A stretch of 64,000 nucleotides of DNA, from positions 11,594,001 to 11,658,000 of the forward strand of contig JBHGNT010000002.1 in NCBI GenBank assembly GCA_043228905.1, read 5' to 3'. The position numbers were made by a program, and so were the translations under genes. Below the pieces are notes generated by a model. The model saw only the letters and a list, made by a program, of their open reading frames with translations. It did not search any database and was not told where the DNA came from. Origin of the DNA: Azolla caroliniana (Eukaryota > Plantae > Polypodiophyta). The first letter of the stretch is position 1. Each line of letters opens with the position of its first letter. Below, one piece after another: positions 22,801 to 35,761 of the stretch.

Positions 22801-25800
22801 AACGCTCCTCCCCCTCACCTTCTCCTCCATCCTATCATAGAGTGAAAGCCCACCACAACCACCAGTCTCCTCCCCACGAACCCACTCTGGTGATGCCGAT
22901 CTTCATCTCTACTGCCTTACGCCGATGGCTCGTGAAGAAACGCGTGGATGGATACATCTGGGTCGTAGAGGCACCGCCACACCCGGACGCCATGGACATC
23001 GCCAGAAAGCTTAACATCGGCACGGTCAAGAACTCTTCCATTCGGAAAAAGTTGGACCTGTCATCGCTAGGCGAAAGGCATTTCGAATCCCTCCTATAGA
23101 AGTGCTGCAGAGATATTTCGGGCCATATTCCTCCTCCGCCAAGGCCTATAGAACGAAGCAGATCCCGGATCCCTTCTTCCGTGAAGTTGCCAAGTTCCTG
23201 TTAGAGGTAGGCTACGTACATGTCAATGCATATGGGATGCCCAAGCAGAAGGCAGGCATCATTATCGATACCTTTGAAGGGCGTGCGGTCAATTGGGGGG
23301 TCATCACAGGACCAGCGTTAAGGGAAGGCTTGCATGCGTATCAGGCAGGAAAAAAGCTCTAGCCGATCATACAACAGTACCTTACAAGGCTATTCCCACC
23401 CTGAGGCCTACCGGCACCACAACCCAGCCGACCCATGCACTCGCCCCGATCCGCGAAGCGTAGGTTAGTGGAGTTAGCTGCCCCAAAGTGGGAAGAGGAA
23501 CCTCAACCCGCCCAATCTGACACGCTGACAACACCTTCTGCCCAACCAGACACACAGACAACACAGGAGGAACAACTGGCACGTTCCACGGAAGCAGCTC
23601 TAGAGCCAGACACCGAAACACGGCAGGATAGCCCCAGACCGAAACGACGTAGATTGGACAGGAAAGATGGGCAAGGATTGGTCAAAGACGTCCCCACAGC
23701 GGCAGAGACAACGACCGAAGGCGATGGCTCCGCAGCTACGGAGTCCAATACCACCTTCGAAATCATCCGAGAGCCACGACCGATAATTACGACCCAGTCC
23801 CAACGAGGGAAAGCTGTATTGACGGCGGAAAGCGAGGTTTTGGCATATCCAGATATCCTGGATACGGCCCATGAGTTCAACGCCCCCTTACAGTTCGGAA
23901 CCTCGTTTGAGCTCATGGAATTCTTGGCAACACAACAGATAAAGGCGTCCCAACGAATGGCCGAGGAACACGCGGAGCGCTAGATGATGGAGCGCGCCTT
24001 AACACAAATGACGGAGAGCGACGATGAGGACTGGCTAGCCAGGGTCGACAGATAGAGGAACGCCGGGGTACGCCGAGTCGGGATGGAGCTACCCCCATTA
24101 AACACGGCCCTAGTCGAAGTCCATAGGGAACTGGCAAAGGTCAGCACGCGCGCCAAGGAGATGGCCATTAAAAATAAGAATGTCTGGAAAAAGGTGAAAA
24201 TGACCCAAGCCGAGCTGCAAAAAGCCAACGAACGCATCACGGAGTTGGAAGCTAACGCGACTACGGCGCAACACGCAACTCCGCCACTAGACCACGCCAT
24301 CAACGCTTTGAAGGAAGAAATTGAGCCACCATCGCCTCAAAAGCGAAAAGGGCCGTGCAACTAGTGGAATCAGAAATTGACCGAACTGCGCCAATCCTCA
24401 GACAGAGAAAAGGAAATCCGGGCTAACGGCCGGAAGGCAGTAAAAACCCTTGAAGAGAAACTCGCTACGGAGGTAGCTCAGCACATCCGGACAAAAGACG
24501 AAAACACCCAATTACGGGATGAAGCGAAGAAATCGGAGGCGGCAATCGCGGGACTTCGGGCCGTACTGGAGAAAAAGAAGGTATGGTTCGACGAGAAGCT
24601 GGTGGTCGAACAAGAAAGAAGGCATTAACTCGAAATCTGCCTAAACAATGAAATGGGGAAATTAGAAGAACAACATGCAAAGGAATCCCATAAGACCACG
24701 TACGAAGAAGCGGCGGCGGTTAGGCAACAAGAAATTGCAAACCTCAAGAAGTCAATGGAGGACGCACACAACCGTTGCCAGGCCATCACAGACAACGTGC
24801 GTATCCTTCTCCAAACAAATCGGGAGAGGTTCACAACGCAATTGAAAACGGCGCTGGACAAAGGATGGATGGTGTGGGCAACCTAAGCAGCGGAATTGCA
24901 CGCGTATCATGCGGACTAGGAGAACCGGTGAAAAGACGGCCGAGGTTTTTATAAACTAAATGAGGAGAGCATTGCGGCCGTACGCGAGGACCTAGCGCAA
25001 GACTATCGTGCGCTAGCGGACTAACATTCCGAAGAACTCGCGCAACTCTTAGATGATTTTGGTGAAAGCCAGGAGGAGCTATTTCACCAGATGACACAAG
25101 CCGGCACCACGCGAACAAATGGGGAATCTAGCACGACGCCAATGCCGGACATGGCCGAGGAAGAGGGACCTCAGGCCAGATCACTAGAAATTACGACGAC
25201 GGTGAACAGTGCGGACCGACGAGCAGAGTCCCCCACAGTACTAGACAGCGAAACCGCTGCCCAAGAGGAGCCCCATCTACCGGAGCCCACACTATCAATG
25301 GACCACACGGAGAACGTTGCAGGCCAGGCAGAATCGCAACCCCACTCCCCGGAGCGTACAAAGACGGCTGACACCACGGAGGAAGTCACTATTTAGACAG
25401 AACCGCGACCAACCGGAAGCATGACGACGGCAGAGCCCAACCCACTAGCTCAAGAAGAACCCACACACGACGATTGTGACATCGGGAGAAGCCATTCCGA
25501 CCAAACAGTGGAGCCACACCACGCTACAGCTACGAGCCCTACGTTGCCTCCGGACGCGGACACCATAGCAGGGCCAAACATCCGGGCCATTTTGGAAGAA
25601 GATTAACGGGATGGGTCCGACGTGCCAGGTGTTGTCCGCCGGAATAGTAACCGACGGACAAGAGCGTAGGAATAAGAAATAATATAAGATCATATCGCAT
25701 GTAACGGTTGACGCAGGAAGCGTGAACAGCTAAATAGACCCTACGTATATAAAGGGTAGAAAACCTCTGTTAGAGGGAGCGTGTATATTTTGGATTGTAA

Positions 25801-26068
25801 AGTAGCGTATCGTAATAGAATCCTATCTTCTCTGAAAGTTTGTGTATAGCTACGGCTCATCTACTGTGTGTCTGGAATACCTGAGCATGTAAGAACGTAA
25901 GTGTAACCATTGCTAAGGAGTCGGTTGTAGCCGTCTCCCTTATACGCTGATAGGTTACGGGGATCATTCCCCTACGCATTACGCATAGACGCCCCATTCG
26001 CTGTTCCACAACCATTCTGAGGTCTAGGTAGAAGGACTGACTGTAGACCGTGTTCCTAATCGGTAATA
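16891..26068 (+). mobile_element. Full-length degenerate non-chromovirus Ty3/gypsy element (Athila/Tat-group-like) with an extra 3' ORF
   Basis: LTRs 16891-17329 and 25630-26068 (439 bp, about 17 differences by eye), TSD GGGGG and PBS TGGCACGCCC at ~17334. Contains gag with CCHC motifs, protease VIDGGS, RT FLDD, RNase H and integrase (to 22555). No chromodomain. Confidence 0.92.
22842..25606 (+). pseudogene. Additional 3' ORF (~900 codons; globular N-domain, P/T/E-rich linker, long coiled coil), disrupted
   Basis: ORF pieces at 23102, 23435, 24083, 24377, 24653, 25091 and 25421 share one frame, separated by stops. 22842-23099 is frameshifted. The N-domain is homologous to 35762-36214. Confidence 0.75.
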
Positions 26069-29000
26069 GGGGGAACGAGGACATGTTCGTATTTGCAATA
26101 GTAGAAACTCCATCATCCACCTTACATGAAGCGGACATTAAAATACCAGAGAAATACAAAGAGTTCTAAGACGTCTTTGATAAGGTGAAGGCCAATACGT
26201 TGTCGGAGCATCGACCATATGACTGCCCTATCAACTTACAACTAGGGAAAGAACCTCATGGGGGCCGATTTATAATCTCTCACCTATAGAGCTAGAGACT
26301 TTGCGGGAATATATCGATGAGAATCTGGCAAACGGATTCATTTGGGATTCTAGATCCCCTGCTGGTGATCCTATCTTCGTCGTTAAGAAAAAGAATGGGT
26401 TTCTTCGGTTGGTCGTGGATTATTGAGGGTTAAACAAAGTGACTATCCAGAATAGATATGCTTGACCATTAATCCTGAATCTTTTGGAATGTCTCAGTGG
26501 CGCGTTCACAATGGCACCTATTTTAGCACATGTCGACCCAACAAAATGATTCATCCGTGAAGCTGATGCATTTGACTTTGCACTAGGGAGTGTTCTATCA
26601 CAGACTGGAGATGACAGACAGCTACACCCTGTCGCCTTTCATTCCTGAAAGTTTGAAGCTAAAGAGATCAACTACAAGATCCACGACAAAGAACTTCTTG
26701 CAATTGTGGATTCTTTTCAACAATGGTGACATTTTCTAGAAGTTTCTTCTCAACAGATCATTGTCTATAACGATCATAAGACCCCCTGGCATTCCAAAAT
26801 GCTCGAGACCCTGACGACAAGCCTGATGGGCGCAAATTTTGACTCACTTCAACTTTGTAATCATATATCGCCCTAGGATGCAACAAGGCAAATCAGATTC
26901 TCTTTCTCGACGCTCTTATATGGAACTTTGTTCAGGGGAACTTGCATTTGAGCTTAAAAAACAAATCCTTTTGGGTACTAATCGCCTACGATTAATGGCA
27001 GCTAATGCCATAACAATACTTGAAGATTCCACTCTTCTTGATTCCATTCAAGATCATATGACCACTGATGAATTCGCAAATGATGACTTGGATCATATCG
27101 TCCCCGATCGTGCTTCTTGCTCGCAGTTGAAAAACCCTCTTCATGACTATAGTGAGTTCTATTGGCATGGTGGGTTTGTATTTCGACAAAACCTATTGTA
27201 TGCTCCTGATGGTCCCTCGCGGCTACAAGTTTTATAACATTGCCATGACACACCAATGGTTGGACATTTTGGAGTTCGCAAAACTCTAGAATTTGTATCT
27301 CGGGAATATTGGTGGCCTCGCCTTCATCATTTTGTTGAGGAGTATGTTCTCAGTTGTGATACATGTTGTCGATCAAAGAGTCCTAGGCACTGATCCTATG
27401 GCTTACTACAACCACTTCCCATTCCGGAAAATCCTTGGATTTCATTACCGATCTCCCAATTTCGAAAGTTTTTGATGCAATTGTCATGGTGGTCGATCGA
27501 CTTACCAAAATGGCACATTTCTTGCCATGTACGAAGTCTATTACTAGTCAAGAGGCGGTCGATCTAGTTATGCATGAAGTATTCAGGCATCATGTCTTCC
27601 GGATGTTATTATTAGTGATCTTGGTCCACAATTCATCTCAAAGTCTTGGAAGCACATGTTCAAACTCCTTGGAATTTCGGTGAAGCTTTCTTCGGGCTAT
27701 CATCCCGAGACTAATGGCCAAACTGATCGTACCAACCAGACTTTGGAGCAATATCTTCGTTGTTTCATCAACTATCAACAAGATGATTGGGTTGATTTTT
27801 GCATTTGGCCAAATTCACTTACAACTCAGTCCATTCTTCTACGGGATATTCTCCATTTTTCGCCTATACGGGTTGTCATCCTCGGTGGACAATGAATGCG
27901 CATTCAGAAGTTCCTACCAACCCTGCTGCGGAGGATCGTCTTAGTGGCTCCCAAGAAATTCACACTACCATTGTCCACAATTTGCATGACAATCAAGTTG
28001 CACACAAGAGGCTTGCGGATCATCATCGCCTAGACTCCTCCAAAAAGTTTCGTGTTGGGGATCATGTATGGCTTCTCCAACACAACATCAAGACCACTAG
28101 GCCTTGCGGTAAATTGGATTACCAACGTTTTGGCCTGTACATGATCACTGGTAAGATAACTGATGTTGCATTTCGTCTTGGCCTCCCTCCACACATGCGT
28201 CTTCATCTAGTGTTTCATGTATCGCTTTTGGAACCTTACACCACAAGTTCAAATCCGGGTCGTCTTACAACTCCTGTTGGCCGTTGGCAGCCGAGTATGT
28301 AATGAGGAAAGTGCGAGCCGAGTTCTGGATATATAATGATATTATTAATTATAGGAACGGACTGATACATAATAGGTATGTTGACCCGGATCCGTACTGA
28401 TTCGTAGCCAGTTGCCGGTTAGGCACTGTTTTGTAACAAAGAACCGGAGGCCTATAAAAGGATTCGGGTATCGATGTATTAAGGGACGGAATGTTAATAT
28501 AAGAATGCTTTGTTATTATATCTTGTGGATATTTATGTTCATTCTGTTCTACGTTCAATGTATGGATCTTAGGCGTGTAATTGGGGTGTGTTGTGAATAC
28601 GAATACCAAACCGAAAGACAATCGGTTATGGTGGTCAAGTGTTCAATCCCTTACCGTAACCACCCTTTGGTGAAGTGTTCCGAAGGGACACCTTGTGTTA
28701 GAGGTAAGTCCAGTCTAGGAGTAACACATAATTTGGCGACCACGATTACTGCAGCAAGTAGCAAACAACGAGGGGATGGATGACTAGGCCAACAAACGAC
28801 CCGATTGCCGAATGAGCAAGAAGACTAGCCGAGAGACTGTGGAAGCGGGAGGCTTACCAACAGGCATCTGAGGAGATCCGATCCGATCGGTCTTTTTCTA
28901 CCGTGATTCGGCGGGTCGCGTAGGAGTCACTACAGTTACATCACAATCCATACCCGGACGAAGGAAGCAGTTTGAGCAGTTTGCGGAACACGGAATTATT

Positions 29001-31230
29001 CCTGCAGACCCTCGTGGTGGGCGAGGGAGATTCGGGAGCATTCTCGGCTATCGAATCGGATTCGGACGGGGAGCACAACGTTTAGTCCAACTATCGAAGT
29101 TGTCGCGACACCCCGGAAGACCCATACGATGATGATTCGGAAAACCTACCGACGGCAGAACCAGAAACAACAATATCGGCATCCCCGGTCAATGAACCAG
29201 GTTCAGATGAGCAAGTACCTACACCACCAGTCAACCACTTGGAGACTTAGGAGGAACGCGCTCCGCCACCACCACCTGAGTCAACGAAGAAACAGGAGGA
29301 GCTTGTACCAACACTACCTCCGGCAGAACCGATAGACAACGACACCATGCCATACCAGTATCCGAAATATCGGGATGATCCGGATGCGAAGGCCCACATC
29401 TGCGCCTTTCTCCAAAGATGGGAAGCGAACCATGTTTCACAATGGCTAACTGAAGTAGAGGTCGAACGCTCGAAGATAGCAGAATTTGGCATGACCTTGG
29501 AGGGACCGACAACACGATGGCATAACAAGAAACTTCCTAGCAGCATCGCCACATTTGAAGAAATAAAGAAAACGTTTCTACGCTTCTTCCACAGATAGGT
29601 GGAACAAAGGGAAATCGTTGGTCAGTTCTACACGACACGGTAGGACCCGACAGAAACCGTGCCGCAGTTCATCATCCGGTTCCAGACGCTACACAGTCAA
29701 CTCACCAAAGCTCCGCCGGAAGAAGAAGTGAAAGCGATATTTTTGGCAGCGCTTCGGGAACCTCTCCGAACAATGTGCGCGGTAATAGATTTCCAAACCA
29801 GCACCATAAACCAAGTCATGGACCGGGTAATGGAAATGGACAAGAACAGTTCGTGGTTGTCAATGGGGGCACTCCAACGAGCACTCCCTACCGAAGAAGA
29901 CCTCCGGTTTTGGCAGGCCGTACAATGCACAACGTGCCTTAACCCCGGACACTCAATGGTAGAATACACAATGAGAGCACAATGCATGTTATGCCATTCC
30001 CGAGCACACACAATGGATCGATGTGAATATAGTCTACTAAACCGACAGGCCGCACCTGTCCGGCAGATTGAACCTCGGACGTAGTGGCAAAACAACGACG
30101 AACGGTTCAGGCGTGATGACCGCGACCGACCAATACAAGGCATCCGATACGACAGACGAGAGTATGATCGGGGTCATAGGGATAGGAGCCGAGAATACAA
30201 ATGTGATAGGTATGATCGCGATTATTCCCCCGACTATAACAGAAGGAGGGATGACTAATGACGAGAATATGCAAATTCGGATAGACACCCCTCAAATCGG
30301 CAAGGATATCGGAACAACTGGCGCCATAATCGAAGGAGAAATTTGCAGAGAAAGAAGCGGCGGGAACCAAGACCAACGAGAAACAACCGACAGTGAATAT
30401 GGTGATTGCAGAGGTGGCTGATATTCAGCAGGTCATCACTCAATCGAAAGGAAAAATGGCAGAATGGGAGGCTTAGGAAACAATTTGAAAACAGGCCACC
30501 GAATGGATAGAAAAGGCGAACGAACGGAACATGACCAAATTACGAGAACAAATGAAACCTCTAGAGGAACAAACAGAGACCATGGACGAGAATCCAACGT
30601 GGCAAGCATTACAAGATTGCCAGGTTATGCTACCACTAGGCCGTCTGCTGCAATTAGTGCCCTGATTCATCGACGAGTTGAAATCGGTATTGGCCCCACA
30701 AAACCCCGCACCGGCTTCGACATTCTTTTCGAATCAGGAAGAAGGACCGGCTGTCGTGGACACGAGCAACCCTGTAATCACAGTCATCGTCAAAGGACGA
30801 GAAGTACCGGGAACAATTGCGGACGGCGGATTGGGAGTGAACGTAATTAGCCAACGTACATGCGATACATTGGGGATCTGGAAGTGGGAACCATGCCCAT
30901 TCTTGCTCCGGATGGCTGATACCAGTTCGGTTCGGCCAACTGGGCTGATCCGAGATTTGGAGGTCACAATTGGCGGACATGCATTCCCTTGGTTGTGCTG
31001 CAGCCAAACACACAAGGAGCATATCCCTTGTTGCTAGGAAGACCATGGCAGAGGAATATCATCACTTTTTGGCACGGCAAAGCAAAAGTGCGAGTACCGA
31101 CACACCCACGAATCGGCGCCAGTAAGGAGTGGACGCCACTATATGCGGAAAGCATTAACAGGCTAGAAGGGCTAGCCGATGAACAGTTACCCCGTACATC
31201 GTGCAACCGGAAGAAGTCGGTGACGAGCCA

Positions 31231-32346
31231 GATCGGGAAGCAATCCGAAAATCATGTCAAGCATAGGAATCCCTGGAACAGGAAATGGCGGAATCCATCC
31301 TGCAGACCCTCGTGGCGGACGAGGGAGATTCGGGAGCGTTCTTTGCTATTGAATCGGATTCGGACGGGGAGCACAACATTTAGTCGAACTATCGAAGCTG
31401 TTATGACACCCTGGAAGACCTGGACGACGATGATTCGGAAAACCTACCGATGCCAGAACCAGAAACGACAAAACCGGCATCCCCGATGAACGAACCAGGC
31501 TCGAATGAGCAAGTACCTACACCACCACTCAACCACGTGGAGAATCAGGAGGAATGCGCTCCAACACCACCACCTGAGTCACCGAAGAAATAGGAGGAGT
31601 GGGTACCGACACTACCTCCGGCAGAATCGATAGACAACGATACCATGCCATACCAGTATCTGAAATATTGGGATGACCCGGACGCGGAGGCCCACATCTG
31701 CGCCTTTGTCCAAAGATGGGAAGCGAACCATGTTTCACAACGGCTGAATGAAGCAGAGGCCGAACGCTCGAAGATAGCGGAATTTGGCATGACCTTGGAG
31801 GGACCGACAACACGATGGCATGACAAGCACCTTCCTGGCAGCATTGCCACATTTGAAGAATTAAAGAAAACGTTTCTACGCTTCTTCCACAGACAGGTGG
31901 AACAAAGGGAAATCGTCGGTCAATTCTACACGACACGGTAGGACCCGACAGAAACCGTGCCGCAGTTCATCATCCGGTTCCAGACGCTGCACAGTCAACT
32001 CACCAGAGCTCCGTCGGAAGAAGAAGTGAAAGTGATATTTTTGGCAGCGCTTCAGGAACCTCTCCGAACAATGTGCGCGGTAATAGATTTCCAAACCAGC
32101 ACCATAGAACAAGTCATGGACCGAGTAATGGAAATGGACAAGAATAGTTCGTGGCTGTCAATGGGGGCACTCCAACGAGCACTCCCTACCGAGAAGACCT
32201 CCTGTTTTGGCAGGCCGTACAATGCACAACGTGCCTTAACCCCGAACACTCAACCATAGAATACACAATGAGAGCACAATGCATGTTATGCCATTCCCGA
32301 GCACACACATTGGATCGATGTGAATATAATCTACTAAACCGGCAGG
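31231..32346 (+). repeat. Second copy of the gag region ~28933-30050
   Basis: Constant 2298-bp offset between homologous ORFs (29347/31645 and 29659/31957). Confidence 0.85.
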
Positions 32347-33506
32347 TGTTTCAAGACGATTTTGCGGTATGTAGACGACAAGGTGAACACCTACATAATC
32401 TCTGGTTATGTTTAGAGAAGTGTCGAGGATACCGGTTGGGCCTGAACCCGGCGAAATGTGTGTTCGGAGTGGGAAGTGGGACATTATTAGGACATATTGT
32501 GAGCAAGGATTGCATTGCGGTCGATCCGGATAAAGTAAAAGCAATTTTGGAAGCACCGCCGCTGGCAAATGCCAAAGCACTAAGTCGGTTCTTAGGACAG
32601 ATCCGGTGGCATAGCCGAATGCTACGGTATCCGGCAGGTGTTTCAAGACGATTTTGCGGTATGTAGACGACAAGGTGAACACCTACATAATCTCTGGTTA
32701 TGTTTAGAGAAGTGTCGAGGATACCGGCTGGGCTTGAACCCGGCGAAATGTGTGTTCGGAGTGGGAAGTGGGACATTATTAGGACATATTGTGAGCAAGG
32801 ATTGCATTGCGGTCGATCCGGATAAAGTAAAAGCAATTTTGGAAGCACCGCCGTTGGCAAATGCCAAAGCACTAAGTCGGTTCTTAGGACAGATCCGGTG
32901 GCATAGCCGAATGCTACGGTATCCGGCAGGTGTTTCAAGACGATTTTGCGGTATGTAGACGACAAGGTGAACACCTACATAATCTCTGGTTATGTTTAGA
33001 GAAGTGTCGAGGATACCGGCTGGGCCAGAACCCGGCGAAATGTGTGTTCGGAGTGGGAAGTGGGACATTATTAGGACATATTGTGAGCAAGGATTGCATT
33101 GTGGTCGATCCGGATAAAGTAAAAGCAATTTTGGAAGCACCGCCGCTGGCAAATGCCAAAGCACTAAGTCGGTTCTTAGGACAGATCCGGTGGCATAGCC
33201 GAATGCTACGGTATCCGGCAGGTGTTTCAAGACGATTTTGCGGTATGTAGACGACAAGGTGAACACCTACATAATCTCTGGTTATGTTTAGAGAAGTGTC
33301 GAGGATACCGGCTGGGCCAGAACCCGGCGAAATGTGTGTTCGGAGTGGGAAGTGGGACATTATTAGGACATATTGTGAGCAAGGATTGCATTGCGGTCGA
33401 TCCGGATAAAGTAAAAGCAATTTTGGAAGCACCGCCGCTGGCAAATGCCAAAGCACTAAGTCGGTTCTTAGGACAGATCCGGTGGCATAGCCGAATGCTA
33501 CGGTAT
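32339..33506 (+). repeat. 4 x 292-bp tandem array of an RT fragment
   Basis: Units start at 32339, 32631, 32923 and 33215 (CCGGCAGGTGTTTCAAGACG) with only a few SNPs. Confidence 0.95.
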
Positions 33507-35761
33507 TTGGTCGACTTTGCCACACCCTTACATGCGGCCGTTCACCGAATTCCATTCCAATGGACGGAGCTGGAGGATAGGGCATACCACGTGTTGAAAG
33601 TGATGTTGTTCGCAGGTGCCGGTGGTGCAACCCCCGGATTGGACCAAGGAATTTTCATGTGTTCGTGGATGTGTCAGATATCGCAATCGGCAACGTTCTC
33701 ATGCAGCTCACCGAACCAAGGGGTACCGGCTGGTGTACTACGCCAGTCGGTAGCTCTCAAAGGCCAAACAAAACTACTGAACAACAGAAAGAGAAGCCTT
33801 GGGGATGGTTTATAGCGTAACAAAATTCCGCCATTACCTCCTAGGAAGAAAATTTTGATTTCAGGTGGATCATTCGGCGCTATTGTACTTGGTCTCAAAA
33901 GCATCCTTAACCGGAAAGCTCGCTTGGTGGACGCTATTGCTGAAGAATTTGAATTTGAAATATTCCACCGACCGGGAGTGCAACATGCAGTAGCCGACTA
34001 CTTAAACCGATTAGAATCCGGGGAAACTGGAGACGGTGTTCGTGACGAGTTTACAGATGAACAGTTATTCAGGGTGACTGCGGAGATGAAGGCGGATGAA
34101 ATAGTGATCGGAGACGATAAGTGGCTTACAAACATGCACTAGTTCCTGAGCACCGGACTGCCTCTGGAAGAATTGAATTGGGATGAATGGAAGCGGTTGG
34201 CAGTGCAGAGTCGACATTTTTGCTTATTACAGGACACCCTAAACCATGAAGGAGCCGATGGAATCTGGCAGTGTGCAGTCCTGAACGACGAGTAGGAGGC
34301 AATACTTCGAGAAGCGCATTGCGGGGTGGCAGGAAGCCACTATGCCGGAGACGCTACGGCAAGGAAAATTTGGAGAAGCGGATTGTGGTGGCCCACAACA
34401 TTGAAGGATACCATGCGGTATGCAAAGGAATGCGACCTTTGTCAGTGACTGGGCCAACCAACGGAGCAAGCACGGATGCTGCATCAACCGGTGTTGCCGT
34501 TGGACCCCTTTCAAAAATGGGGACTATATTTTGTCGGACCAAACAAACCACAGGCAATGAGAACCGACAACCGGTACATAATTGTGGCAACTGATTATTG
34601 TACAAAGTGGGTGGATGCCAAAGCACTCAGAGACAATACCGCGACATCCATAGCTAAATTTTTATATGAAAACATTTGGTGTAGATACGGTTGTCCGATC
34701 AAGCTTATTAGTGATCAAGGTGGACATTTCCTCGGATAGGTTGTGGAAAGCTTGACGACATTCTATACGGTGGTTCACAAGCGAAGTATGCCATATTACC
34801 CGTAGGTCAATGGATTAGCGGAATCCACCAATAAAATGCTCCAGAATATTCTCCGAAAAATCGTAAATGAAAACCGGACCGACTGGGATACAAAGTTGCA
34901 AAGCGCGTTGTGGGCATACCGACGACATACAAGACTAGTATCCGAACAACACTATTCTGGTTAGCGTTCGGTTTGGAAGCAGTCATGCAGATGGAATTTC
35001 ACATTCCTAGCTTACAGATACATGTTCGGGAACGGTTAAGAGAGAAGGAATCGGAAAAGATCCGGTTGGCAACTTGATGTGAATTAGAAGAGCACCGGAT
35101 AACCAGTGTGTTACAATTGGAACTAGAGCAAAGAAGACGGAAAGCATTTGTGGACCGGCACAAAAGGGGGAATGAAAAACACTTCGGAATCGGCAAAGTA
35201 GTATTAGAGTTCCAGACCCGGATGGGCACAATGCCGGGAAAGCTACGGTTCCGGTGGACCGGACCATATTGGATAACACGAGAATTCAAGGGGTCCTATC
35301 AGCTTGACACATTAGCCTGTGAAGTCCTAGAGAAGTGGGTTAATGGATTCCGGCTAAAACCCTATCATGGACCAATGCCACGAAACCCATTCAAGCAACC
35401 AGACGACGGAATAGAAGCTGGTAAAGGAAACTAGGAACCAGTACCGGATCCGACGGCGTCGGATACTACGGAATAATAAAGCGTTTGTTAGTAAAAAAAT
35501 TAGAGAGTCGCGTATTTGAACGAACGGACACCCTGAAATGTCGTGACGTCAGCCATTTAAAGCACACCACGCGGCGTACACTACTATTGGCAGCGAACCA
35601 GAATGGGGGCACAAAACATCCGAGCAACAAAGACACTATCATTTCGCGAAAACAGAGCACTTGGAGAGTAGAAGCACTTACAAGTAATCCGACGAACACA
35701 GAGAAGCCCGAACACCCCGAAACTTCTTAACACCAGCGAAAGCGAATAAGACCCCGCACCC

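Larger units (their letters stand above)
16446..28274 (+). pseudogene. Old decayed Tcn1-like pol, split by the 16891-26068 insertion
   Basis: Protease [13 protein letters not shown] at 16446-16890 rejoins 26074 as 'LRRLREAG|GNEDMFVFAI'. The RT core is deleted near 26500. RNase H and integrase fragments homologous to 6668-10279 run to 28274. Confidence 0.85.

Noticed and set aside
22842-25606. Retroviral env gene
   Set aside because: No signal peptide, fusion peptide or transmembrane segment is visible. Reported as an accessory ORF of unknown function.
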